A stretch of DNA of 64,000 nucleotides from Terriglobia bacterium (GTDB lineage Bacteria; Acidobacteriota; Polarisedimenticolia; Polarisedimenticolales; JAIQFR01), in contig CAVVHE010000005.1 in assembly GCA_963748015.1 (NCBI GenBank), positions 480,001 through 544,000 on the forward strand. The letters run 5' to 3'. The translations under genes and the position numbers were made by a program. The notes beneath the pieces are model-generated. The model saw nothing but the letters and a program-made list of their open reading frames with translations. It did not search any database and was not told where the DNA came from. This document shows, one piece after another, positions 40,346 through 49,396 of this stretch (its first letter is position 1; each line of letters starts with the position of its first letter).

Positions 40346-41536
40346 CTATCCCCGGCGGAGCCCGAGCAGCGAAACGAGCTTCCCGCGGGCCAAGCCCGCC
40401 AGCATCGAGAGCATAGGACGCACGTCGTCCGCAGCCCAGACGTCGAAGGCCCTCTCGCCCTCGAGCGAGCGCAGCCAGCCCGCGATCCCGAGCTTCGCGT
40501 CCCGGGCGGCGAAGAAATCGTTGTAGAGGTGGATCCACTTCGCCCCCGACCGGTACGGAGCGGGAGCGACGGCCCGGCCGACCGCGTGGTCGTAGGCCGC
40601 CTTGATGACGTTGAGTCCGCTGACCGTCGGCAGGAGGTTCTGCCACCACGAGCGGGCGTTGATCTCGATCAGCTTGTACACCCCGTCCCGCGGGTCGAGC
40701 TTGAACTCCGCGTCGAAGATCCCCTCGTAGCCGATGCCCTCGAGATACTCGAGAAGGCGTGTCTCCCCGACGAACGACGGGACGCTCTCCAGAAGCGACC
40801 CGCAGCCGAACCCCGGCGGGAACTCGCGTACCCTGCGATAGCAAACGTGAAGCGTCGCACCGGCGGTCCTGAGCCCAGCGCAGCCGTGCATGCAGCGCGC
40901 GTCGCCGGGAACGATCTCCTGGAGCATCACGCGTAGCCCGGACGACTCGAGCGTCGCGAAGTGCCGGAACAGCTCCTCCGCCTCGTGGGCGACGAATCCC
41001 TTGCGGCCGAACTTCCGGGCGAAGAGGGGCGAGATCTCGGGCTTGATCAGGACCGGCCAGCCGATCTCCCCCGCGGCTTTCTCGAATTCCGCCCGCGATC
41101 CGGGGAAGCGCGTCGCCGGGTGGGGAATGCCCCTCTGCTCGAGCGACTCGTAGAAGCACCGCTTGTTGACCAGCGTCTCCGTGGAATCGGCGCTCGACGC
41201 CAGGAGGCGGAAGCTGCCGCGGATCGCCGGGGCGTTTCGCGCGACCCGCAGCACGAGCACGTCGGAAATCGGGAACAGCACGGGCCGGTCGCCGGCCTGC
41301 CGAGCCACCCGCTCGAGCGCTTCCACGAACGCGGAATCCGGACACTCCTCGATGGCCGGAACGACGCTGGTGGTCTCGATGTAACGGGAGCGCAGCACGC
41401 CCGGGTCCGCCCCTCCGACGCGAAGCACACGAATTCCTTCCCGGCCGAGATTCCTCGCGAGGCCCAGCCCGTTGACCGGGTCGTCGCCGAGGATTACAGC
41501 CGGCGCCCGTTGGGGGTAGGAGGAGTGTGACGGCAA
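40346..41536 (-). CDS. ATP-grasp carboxylate-amine ligase (D-aspartate-ligase-like)
   Basis: GLGLARNLG, VLFPISD, WPVLIKP, LQEIVPG and EFKLDPRDGVYKLIEINAR. Confidence 0.85.
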   Translation of the reverse strand: MPSHSSYPQRAPAVILGDDPVNGLGLARNLGREGIRVLRVGGADPGVLRSRYIETTSVVPAIEECPDSAFVEALERVARQAGDRPVLFPISDVLVLRVARNAPAIRGSFRLLASSADSTETLVNKRCFYESLEQRGIPHPATRFPGSRAEFEKAAGEIGWPVLIKPEISPLFARKFGRKGFVAHEAEELFRHFATLESSGLRVMLQEIVPGDARCMHGCAGLRTAGATLHVCYRRVREFPPGFGCGSLLESVPSFVGETRLLEYLEGIGYEGIFDAEFKLDPRDGVYKLIEINARSWWQNLLPTVSGLNVIKAAYDHAVGRAVAPAPYRSGAKWIHLYNDFFAARDAKLGIAGWLRSLEGERAFDVWAADDVRPMLSMLAGLARGKLVSLLGLRRG

Positions 41537-41605
41537 GCTCGAGGCGCCTTTCTCTCGCCGGGCCCGTTCCTCGCGGGAGCTCCAGCGTGACGTCCGCGGC
41601 GCGCG

Positions 41606-42154
41606 CTACAGCATCAAAGGAATCAGAGCCTCGATCACTTCGATAGCCATGTCGAGTGAGTCGGACGCCTCCGCGACGTACCGGGCGTCCTGCCACTTTT
41701 GCGCGTTACCCATCGCGTTCATACAGGAGAGGAGGTGGTCTCTTGCGTCTCTGATCTTCTGCGCGCGCGTGGCGAGGAGTGGATTCGGGTACTTCGCGTT
41801 GCTCTGGGCTCTCTCGAGGCCGTGCTGGGCGGTCCGAAGCAGGACGTAGCCGTCGTGAATCACATCCGTGATGGGGGTGAGGGATTCGAAGTCGGCGTAA
41901 CCCGCGAGCATCTGCCTGGCCGTCGTCTCACGCTTCAGGGCGTATTGCACCTGCGCTGCGATGATCACCGGCTTGTCGGTGATGAGGTAGTCGACCGATC
42001 CGGGGGGCTTTACCGTAAAGTAGTTTCCCCTGCCGGTCGAGGGCGGGCTCGTCTGGGCCATCGCCACGCCGCTCATCGAGGCGGGAATCACCAAGAGGCA
42101 GGCGCCCGCGAGAACCGTGATCGTCCGCTGCATGCCGTACCGCCGCGAAGCCAT
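41606..42154 (-). CDS. Secreted helical hypothetical protein (about 182 aa)
   Basis: ATG 42154 with GGGGAG RBS; signal peptide ...GVAMA-QT; amphipathic helices. Confidence 0.6.
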   Translation of the reverse strand: MASRRYGMQRTITVLAGACLLVIPASMSGVAMAQTSPPSTGRGNYFTVKPPGSVDYLITDKPVIIAAQVQYALKRETTARQMLAGYADFESLTPITDVIHDGYVLLRTAQHGLERAQSNAKYPNPLLATRAQKIRDARDHLLSCMNAMGNAQKWQDARYVAEASDSLDMAIEVIEALIPLML

Positions 42155-42318
42155 TGCTCTCCCCCTGCGGACGCCGAAGGGCGCCGCCGATCGGGGACCG
42201 TGTTGAGAATACAGCGAAAACACCCGGCGGGCACACGCGAGTCGAGGTTTCCTGTCGATGCGACCGACCGGCTCCGCCTCCATGGGTCGCGCCCCCTCCC
42301 CGGCGGACGCAAGCAGGC

Positions 42319-44208
42319 TCAGAGGGTCGTCCGGAGAAAGGCCTCGAACATCAGCAGGGACCAGATCGGCGCGCTGTGATCGCGCATCCCGGATTGGTGC
42401 TGGTCCAGCAGCGTACGAAGGAACTTCAGGTCGAAGATGCCTGCGTCGCCGAGAGTGGGGCCCAACACGGCGTCCCGGACCCGCTGCCTGAGCGGCCCGC
42501 GGAACCACGCGTCGAGCGGGACCGCGAAACCCATCTTCGGCCGGTAGAGGACCTCGTCCGGCAGGTGCCGCTCGAGCGCCTTCTTGAAGACGTACTTGCT
42601 CTCGCCGCCGCGGAGCTTCAACGCGGGGGGCAGGCTCGAGATCCACTCCACCAACTCCTGATCGAGCAGCGGAACGCGAACCTCGAGCGAGTGCGCCATG
42701 CTCGCCCGGTCGACCTTCACGAGGATGTCGCCGGGTAGATAGGTCTTCATGTCGAGGTACTGGACCAGGGAGAGCGGGTCGTCCGTCGGCGCCTGGCGTG
42801 CGTGGGCCCGCAGGACGTCCACCGCGGAGTACCCGCCGAGCTTGCGCCGGAAGCCCTCGCTGAAGAGCGCGCTCCGGATGCCGTCGTGCATCACCGAGAC
42901 GCCGTGGAAGAACCCCTCGACCCTCTCCCGGGCAAGCGCCTGGAACGTCGATTTGGCCCGGACGAATCTCGGTGCCCAGTCGGCCTTGGGGTAGAGCGCG
43001 CCGAGAAGGCCGAAGACCGGCTGCCGGATCGCGAACGGCAGGATCGAGCGCAGCCGCTCTTCCATCATGAAGTACTTGTAGCGGCGGTAGCCGGCGAGGT
43101 TCTCGTCACCGCCGTCGCCGGAGAGGGCCACGACAACGCGCTTGCGTGCCAGCTCGCAGACCCGGTAGGTCGGGATGGCGGAGCTGTCGGCGAACGGCTC
43201 GTCGTACACGCTCGCCAGTTTGTCGAGCAGGTCGAAATCGTCCGGATCCACCTGCTCCACGTGGTGCCGCGTCCCGAACCGGCGGGCTATCCCCCCGGCG
43301 TATTCCGACTCGTTGTAGGCGGGATCGCCGAAGGAGATGGAGCAGGTGTTCACCGGCTCCTCCGAGAGACCGGCCATCATCGCGACCACGGCGCTCGAAT
43401 CGACGCCGCCCGAGAGGAAGGCGCCGAGCGGCACCTCGGAGATGAGGCGGACCCTGACGGCGTCCCGCAGGCGCGAGAGGATCTCCTCCTCGGCGTCCTT
43501 TTCCGAGATCGTGCGGTTCTCCTCGAACGGGATGTCCCAATACGGCTCGGGCGGTGCCAAGGGCCGGCCCCGCACGACCGTCAGCGTGTGGGCCGGAGGG
43601 AGCTTCAAGACCCCCTCCAAGATCGTTCGCGGCTCCGGAACGTAACCGTACCCGAAGTAGTCCTCAACGCTCCGGTCGTCGATCTTCCGGGGACAGCCGG
43701 GATGCAGGCGAATGGCCTTGAGCTCGGACGCAAACACGAGCATCCCGTCGTCGAGGAGGGCGTAGTAGAGCGGCTTCTTCCCCAGCCGGTCTCGCGCGAG
43801 GAAGAGAGTCCCGCGGTTGCGGTCCCACAGCGCGAAGGCGAACATCCCGCGGAAGCGACGGACGCACGAAGCGCCCCACTCCTCCCAGCCGTGGACGATC
43901 ACCTCGGTGTCGCTTCGCGTCTGGAAGACGTGCCCTGCCCGGATCAGCTGCTCGCGGAGATCTTGGAAGTTGTAGATCTCGCCGTTGAATACGATCGAAA
44001 CGCTGCCGTCCTCGTTAAAAAGCGGTTGGTGCCCACCGGCGAGATCGATGATCGACAGCCTGCGGTGGCCGAGGCCGAGGCCCGGCTCCACGTGGAGCCC
44101 GCCGCCGTCCGGCCCTCGGTGATGCTGAGACTCGTTCATTCGCGAGAGCAGCGCCTCGCCGATGTCCCGCCGCTCCCTGGCGTCGAGGATTCCGACCACC
44201 CCGCACAC
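42319..44208 (-). CDS. Asparagine-synthetase-family amidotransferase resembling the exosortase A-associated TIGR03108 family
   Basis: GTG start (M)CGVVG, QHHRGPD, RRLSIIDL, FLSGGVDSS, EPVNTCSI, YPKADWAP and KVDRASMAHSLE. Confidence 0.9.
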   Translation of the reverse strand: MCGVVGILDARERRDIGEALLSRMNESQHHRGPDGGGLHVEPGLGLGHRRLSIIDLAGGHQPLFNEDGSVSIVFNGEIYNFQDLREQLIRAGHVFQTRSDTEVIVHGWEEWGASCVRRFRGMFAFALWDRNRGTLFLARDRLGKKPLYYALLDDGMLVFASELKAIRLHPGCPRKIDDRSVEDYFGYGYVPEPRTILEGVLKLPPAHTLTVVRGRPLAPPEPYWDIPFEENRTISEKDAEEEILSRLRDAVRVRLISEVPLGAFLSGGVDSSAVVAMMAGLSEEPVNTCSISFGDPAYNESEYAGGIARRFGTRHHVEQVDPDDFDLLDKLASVYDEPFADSSAIPTYRVCELARKRVVVALSGDGGDENLAGYRRYKYFMMEERLRSILPFAIRQPVFGLLGALYPKADWAPRFVRAKSTFQALARERVEGFFHGVSVMHDGIRSALFSEGFRRKLGGYSAVDVLRAHARQAPTDDPLSLVQYLDMKTYLPGDILVKVDRASMAHSLEVRVPLLDQELVEWISSLPPALKLRGGESKYVFKKALERHLPDEVLYRPKMGFAVPLDAWFRGPLRQRVRDAVLGPTLGDAGIFDLKFLRTLLDQHQSGMRDHSAPIWSLLMFEAFLRTTL

Positions 44209-44477
44209 GCTGGTTCCTTCCTGCGTCCTTGCGCCGGCGCGCGCGGCGCGCCGAGAAGCGTTCGTCAAGTCGGTGCTTCGCTCGCCGCCGGCACCGGCAC
44301 TCCGGGCCGCCTCGGCAGTGAGGCTCGATCGGCCGTGGCGACAGTAGCACGAAATTCCAGGAAGGGGGTTGCTCCAGGAAACGCCGGGACGGCGCGATCT
44401 CGCCCGAAAGGGCCGACGGACCCCGCCTTGGCGCCACCAGAGGACCTCTCGTCCCGGAAGTCCGTCTGGCTCGAACG

Positions 44478-45872
44478 CTACCGGGCCCTCACCGCCCCCG
44501 GCGCGGGAGGAGGGTCCGTCGGCGCGCTCGCCGGCTGGTAGCGGAAGGCCCACGTTCCCTGCACCGGATTACTATTGCTGCTTTCGCCTTCTGCCATGAT
44601 CACGACATCATTCACGTCGTCGAAAGCGATTCCCGCCATGTCACGCGGAGGACCATTGGCACCGGTCAGCAGCGTCCAGATGCGCGCCGCCGGGTCGTAG
44701 ATCCAGGTATCGCTAAGTGTCGAACCCGCTCCAATTCCCCCGTGCATGAGGACCTTTTTCCATCGTGAGACATAGACCATCATGTGTTTGTTTCGCGCGG
44801 GAGGTTTCGTGGATGGGTTGATCTTGGTCCAAGTATTCGTGGGAAGATCGTATTCCCAGGTATCGTCTATCGAATACGAGTAGTTTTCGCTGTAACCGCC
44901 GAAGAGAATGTACTTGTGTCTATCGCTGTCATAAACCATGCTCTTCTGAGATTGACATCGCGGAGGAGGTACTGGACTACCGTTGTAAACACACGTTCGA
45001 TTCTCTACGGGCGCGGATTGTGATCCCGAACAAGTAGCTTGATAAGAAGTCCACGTGTCGGTCGCCGGATCATAAACGGAAGTTCTCTTGCCAGGGTTAT
45101 CGGCATCCGCCGGCTGACCCGAGAATGCGACGCATTTTCGAGACCCGTCGGCTTCCGTACCACATGCGAATGCAGCATCATAGACTACATTACCAGCAGC
45201 AGCTCCCGGTTGATTTGCTGCAGTTACTTTATGCATGCTCTTGGCATTGTAGTCATAATAGGCAAATTGATTCCCGGCCCCTTGTCCAGTGAAACCCAAG
45301 TTATACAATCTACCTACACCGGCTGGATAATCGACATAGTACATTGACAGATTATCGGATCCATTGGGGAATACCGACGAATTTCTGGCGGTTTCCGCGT
45401 ACTGCGTCCATTTGTTCGTCGGGAAGTCATATTCCCACAGATCGTTCGTGTACCCGTCGTTATAGTTGCTGCAAGTACAAGTACCCGAAGCACACGGATT
45501 GGTCGTTGAACAGGCAACACGCGGTGACGTTCCACTGCAGTATCCACCACCATACTCGGGAGCGGTACCCCGACAGCTGGCATGGCCGCCGCCGAACACG
45601 ACGACCTTCTGGCGGGCGGCGTGATACGTCATCGCGAACCAGGTTCGCGTCGCGGGGACGTAACCCGCGACCCCGGATTGCGTGCCAAGACCCTGATTCC
45701 CGGTCTTGTCGACGTTGCCCAGCCAGTCGTGGCCCGTCGCCAGGGGATCTCCCTGAAGCACCGGGGTCACCTTGCTGAGATCGGTCCAAACGTTTGGGGT
45801 GAGGGTCGGGCCGGCCGCCACCGCCAGGGCCGGCAACAGCGCGACCGGCAGGAGCATCAGGAACTTCCGCAT
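44478..45872 (-). CDS. Secreted Kelch-type beta-propeller protein; ends PPAPGAVRAR
   Basis: ATG 45872 with GGAGGG RBS; signal MRKFLMLLPVALLPALAVA; repeats VFGG..DLWEYD..NKW, LFGG..DTWEYD..NTW and MHGG..DTWIYD..RIW. Confidence 0.88.
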   Translation of the reverse strand: MRKFLMLLPVALLPALAVAAGPTLTPNVWTDLSKVTPVLQGDPLATGHDWLGNVDKTGNQGLGTQSGVAGYVPATRTWFAMTYHAARQKVVVFGGGHASCRGTAPEYGGGYCSGTSPRVACSTTNPCASGTCTCSNYNDGYTNDLWEYDFPTNKWTQYAETARNSSVFPNGSDNLSMYYVDYPAGVGRLYNLGFTGQGAGNQFAYYDYNAKSMHKVTAANQPGAAAGNVVYDAAFACGTEADGSRKCVAFSGQPADADNPGKRTSVYDPATDTWTSYQATCSGSQSAPVENRTCVYNGSPVPPPRCQSQKSMVYDSDRHKYILFGGYSENYSYSIDDTWEYDLPTNTWTKINPSTKPPARNKHMMVYVSRWKKVLMHGGIGAGSTLSDTWIYDPAARIWTLLTGANGPPRDMAGIAFDDVNDVVIMAEGESSNSNPVQGTWAFRYQPASAPTDPPPAPGAVRAR

Positions 45873-46048
45873 CGCGAATCCCCTCCACGGAAGTTGCCGT
45901 GGTTCCGGGAGCAGCGGACCCCGCATCGGAAGAGGGCCGCCTGTCTTCATGCCAACTCTCTCCTCGATCGAACCTCTGTCCCGCCCGCGCCGCCGCTGCG
46001 TCGGCGGGTACACGTGTGCAAAACTACTCTCCGTGCACCCTCCAGGCA

Positions 46049-46064
46049 AGCAACAGACGTGCCG
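46049..46064 (-). promoter_or_regulatory. Sigma54 (-24/-12) promoter
   Basis: Minus strand CGGCACG-TCTG-TTGCT in the intergenic region, about 177 nt upstream of the Kelch start. Confidence 0.7.
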
Positions 46065-46172
46065 GGCGCGGGCCGGCGCTTCCCAGCGGCCTGGAGATCG
46101 CCGCCATGCGCGGTGGATCGGGACGGTCATATCGATATCGTTCTTACCGTAACGAAATGGCACACCCGTCGG

Positions 46173-46979
46173 CTAGCGCGGCGACGTGGCCTTCCGGACC
46201 GCGAACAGGACCGTTCCCTGCGTCGCTACGTGACCGAGCCACCGCAGCGCTCTCACGGCTCGGATGGCCGCGACCGTCGCCCGGACGGCCGGGGAGGCCC
46301 GCGTCGTGTCCATCGCGTCGAACCGGTCGAAGCAGTCGAAGCCGAAGGGCGCCAGCGTGTCGCGCAGGTCGTAGAAGCTGAACCAGTTCACCGCCGGGTA
46401 CGTCGCGTAGTTGGCCAGATGCGGTCGGGTCGTCGCGGCGAGGCGCTCGAATCGCCGCTTCAGCCGGCCCGGGTACCAACTGTACATCGGCAGGCGGAAC
46501 TCGTTTTGCCGGGGACACAGCCGGTTCGTCGTCGTGATCACGAGGACGCCGCCCGGCCGGAGAATGCGCGTGAACTCCCGGAGGCAGGCCGCCCACTCGG
46601 TCACGTGTTCGAGGAGCTCCAGGACCAGACAGACGTCCATCGAGGCTTCGGCCCACGGCAGTTCCGTCGCCGAGCCGAGCCGGAAATCGACCGGGACGCC
46701 TGCCGTCTCCGCGCGCTTCCGGGCAAGGGACACAAGCGGCTCGTTGACGTCCAGCCCGTGGGGCCTGTGGCCGCCTTCCGCCCAGATCAAGCACTGCGTC
46801 CCGGCCCCGCACCCGATGTCCGCCACGTCGAGCCGCTCGGTGCGCGACCCGGCGCGAGCGAGCACCCGGAGGGCGGCGTCGCGAATGGAGGCGAAGCGGC
46901 GCACGGTTTCCGGGCTCTGGCTCGCCTCCGCGTAGTAGTCGAAGAACTCCTCGCGGCTCCCGTGGTCGAACGAAGTCAC
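46173..46979 (-). CDS. Class I SAM-dependent methyltransferase
   Basis: GTG overlapping the upstream stop; DIGCGAG, GLDVNE, ELLEHV and ILRPGG. Confidence 0.88.
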   Translation of the reverse strand: MTSFDHGSREEFFDYYAEASQSPETVRRFASIRDAALRVLARAGSRTERLDVADIGCGAGTQCLIWAEGGHRPHGLDVNEPLVSLARKRAETAGVPVDFRLGSATELPWAEASMDVCLVLELLEHVTEWAACLREFTRILRPGGVLVITTTNRLCPRQNEFRLPMYSWYPGRLKRRFERLAATTRPHLANYATYPAVNWFSFYDLRDTLAPFGFDCFDRFDAMDTTRASPAVRATVAAIRAVRALRWLGHVATQGTVLFAVRKATSPR

Positions 46980-48250
46980 TTCGCATTCCCTCCGGAACCC
47001 GCGGCGTTCCCCGACGAGAGGATCGAATCGAACAGGCGCGCCAGCTCGGCGGTTCTCGCCCTGCGGGAATGCTCCTCGGCGCCGCCCCGTTGCGGGCCGT
47101 CGACCTCGCCGCGCCGAATGCGCCCGAGGAACTCCTCGAGGCCTCGCGCGATCTCCTCCCTCGAATCGATGCGGACGATCGTCCCGATCCCCTCGTTGCG
47201 CAAGAGCGAGGCGGTGTCGCCCACCGGGTCCACGAGGGCGAAGATCGGTCTCCCGGCGCGGAAGTACTCGTAGGCCTTCGCCGGAATCTCGTCGTTGCAG
47301 CTCGATCCCTGGAAGATCAGCAGGCCGTCCGCGGCCATCATCTCGGCCAGGGTCTCGACGTAGTCCGTGGCCGGCTCGAGCAGGACGATGTCGGCGAGGC
47401 CCCGCTCGTCGATGCCACGCCGGTAGGTCGCCTCCTCGCCGCTCGCGCGGAGGACGACCCGTAGCGTCGCCGGGGAGATCGCCCCTCGCCCCCTGAGGTC
47501 CCGCAGGGCGTCGAGGAACGGCAGGGGATTGCGCCCTCCGGTGTAGAGAATGCCGCTGTGGACCAGAACGATCCGCCCGTCGCCGCGAGCGGGTCCGAGC
47601 CTCCGCTCCGCGGCGACGAAGCTGTCCTCGTCGTAGCCGTTCTCGATGACGAGCCACCGGTCCTTCGGAATCTCCGGATACCGCTCGGCGTACATCCGGA
47701 GCGCGCCGGGCGCCGTGAAGACCATGCGAGACGCGCGGCGGACGACCCCCCTCTCGATCCAACGGCACACCGCTCGCGTTCTCGGCTCCGGCGGGTAGTG
47801 GTCTTCCGTCATCGCGTCCCGGAAGTCGGCGACCCAAGGGAGGCCGGTGAGGCGGTGCAGCGTCAGGCCGATCATCTGGGCCGTGGGGATTGGAAAGGTG
47901 GACCACAAGATGTCAGGGCGGTACTCGCGGATGAGGCGCAGTCCCAGCGGTACGGCGCCCAGCCACCAGCTCACCCAGCGGTCCGGCATCGCCATGAGCT
48001 CCGTGAACCGTCCGCGGACGGAGAGGTGCCTTGCCGTGTCGAGTGCCCAGGCCCGCCCGACGGGGGTCCCCGGCGAGATGTCGGCCAGCTGGTCGTCGCC
48101 GACGCGGGGATAGGCGGCCGGGCTCGCGCTGAGGATCACGGGCCTGTAGCCGTGAACGGGAAGGTACTTGGCGAAGCGAAGCGTCCGCTGGATTCCGCTG
48201 CTCCCCCGGAATGGAGGGAAGTGGAACGCGACCATGAGGATCGTCTTCAT
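46976..48250 (-). CDS. GT4 glycosyltransferase
   Basis: FHFPP..SSGIQRT, ADFRD, IENGYDE and IPAKAYEY. Confidence 0.88.
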   Translation of the reverse strand: MKTILMVAFHFPPFRGSSGIQRTLRFAKYLPVHGYRPVILSASPAAYPRVGDDQLADISPGTPVGRAWALDTARHLSVRGRFTELMAMPDRWVSWWLGAVPLGLRLIREYRPDILWSTFPIPTAQMIGLTLHRLTGLPWVADFRDAMTEDHYPPEPRTRAVCRWIERGVVRRASRMVFTAPGALRMYAERYPEIPKDRWLVIENGYDEDSFVAAERRLGPARGDGRIVLVHSGILYTGGRNPLPFLDALRDLRGRGAISPATLRVVLRASGEEATYRRGIDERGLADIVLLEPATDYVETLAEMMAADGLLIFQGSSCNDEIPAKAYEYFRAGRPIFALVDPVGDTASLLRNEGIGTIVRIDSREEIARGLEEFLGRIRRGEVDGPQRGGAEEHSRRARTAELARLFDSILSSGNAAGSGGNAK

Positions 48251-49368
48251 GTGGCGAGCATCGCGGCGGGAGCGGACCGCTCCTCGCGGAAATGGCCCGG
48301 CGAGGCCTCGCTCAAGAAGTGAGCTTGGACCACGCCAGCCTCATCACGGCCAGTTGCGGGACCGGATCCCACATCGCGTCTCTCCGAAGCTCGAAGGGAT
48401 CCGTCGTGGCGTCGTTCGCTCCGGGGATCGCGGTCACCGCGCACCGGAACCCGGCGTCGCGGACCGCCCGCTTGACGCCCTCGTCGAAATCCGCCCGGCC
48501 CGCCGTTGGGATAGGCGAACAGGGTCACGGGCCTCCCGAGACCGCGAGCGATCGCGTCGCGCGAGTCCAGGATCTCCCGGACTGCCTCGTCGCGGGGGAT
48601 TCGGGTCAGGATCGGGTGGTTCGCCGTGTGGGCCCCGAAGGAGATCCCGCCGCCGGCCATCTCCCGGATCTCGTCCCAGGTCAGCTTCCTCCATCGCGCT
48701 CTCGGGCTCGGCGAACGCGAGCGCTGACATCAAGCCGGGCGATCTCCTCGTCGCGGCGGCGGGGATCCAGACTGCCGAAGCCGCGAAGGCAGGGAAGACG
48801 GCGGCGCCGCTCTGCAGAGCGGGAGTGCGCAGGGGAAGCGAGGTCCCCGTCCACGTCGAGGGACGCGACCTCGGTCTGCGCGGAACGCATCCAGGAGCCG
48901 GTCGTGCCAGAGCAGCCTCCCGGGTCCCGACCGCCGCCGTGGTCAGGAAGACCGTGGCGGGGAGCCCGTGCCGCCTCAGGATCGGGAAGGCGTTCTCGTA
49001 GTTGTCCCGGTAGCCGTCGTCGAACGTGATGGCGACGGCGTTCGGAGGAACGTCGTTCCGCTCAGCGGCGCTCGACGAGCTCGTCGAGAGGAGAGCACGT
49101 TGAAGCGGCGCCGGAGGAGCGCCATCTGGCCGTCGAAGACCCGGACGGAAACCGTGTCGAAGAGAGGGCTCCTCGAGTCGTGACACGGTGAAAGAGCAGA
49201 ATCTGGAAGGGCGTGCTGGTGCGCCTGCGGACGCCGGTAGGCCCGGGCCGCGCCGTCCGCCGCCACTTCCGAGCGTCCACGAGTCTCCCGAGCCGGAGCA
49301 GCGCGCGGAGGAGCCCCGAGCCGCGCTCCGATCCCACCCGCGAGCCGTGCGATCCCGCCCATTCCCAT
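48247..49368 (-). CDS. Polysaccharide deacetylase, heavily frameshifted; ends approximate
   Basis: [46 protein letters not shown], across at least 4 frames. Confidence 0.75.
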
Positions 49369-49396
49369 GAATACAGCCCGTCCGTGGATTACCCGG

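Noticed and set aside
45938..45954. TGGCATG motif near the Kelch gene as a sigma54 site
   Set aside because: The GC is one base off the required GG-N10-GC spacing; the 46049 site fits properly.
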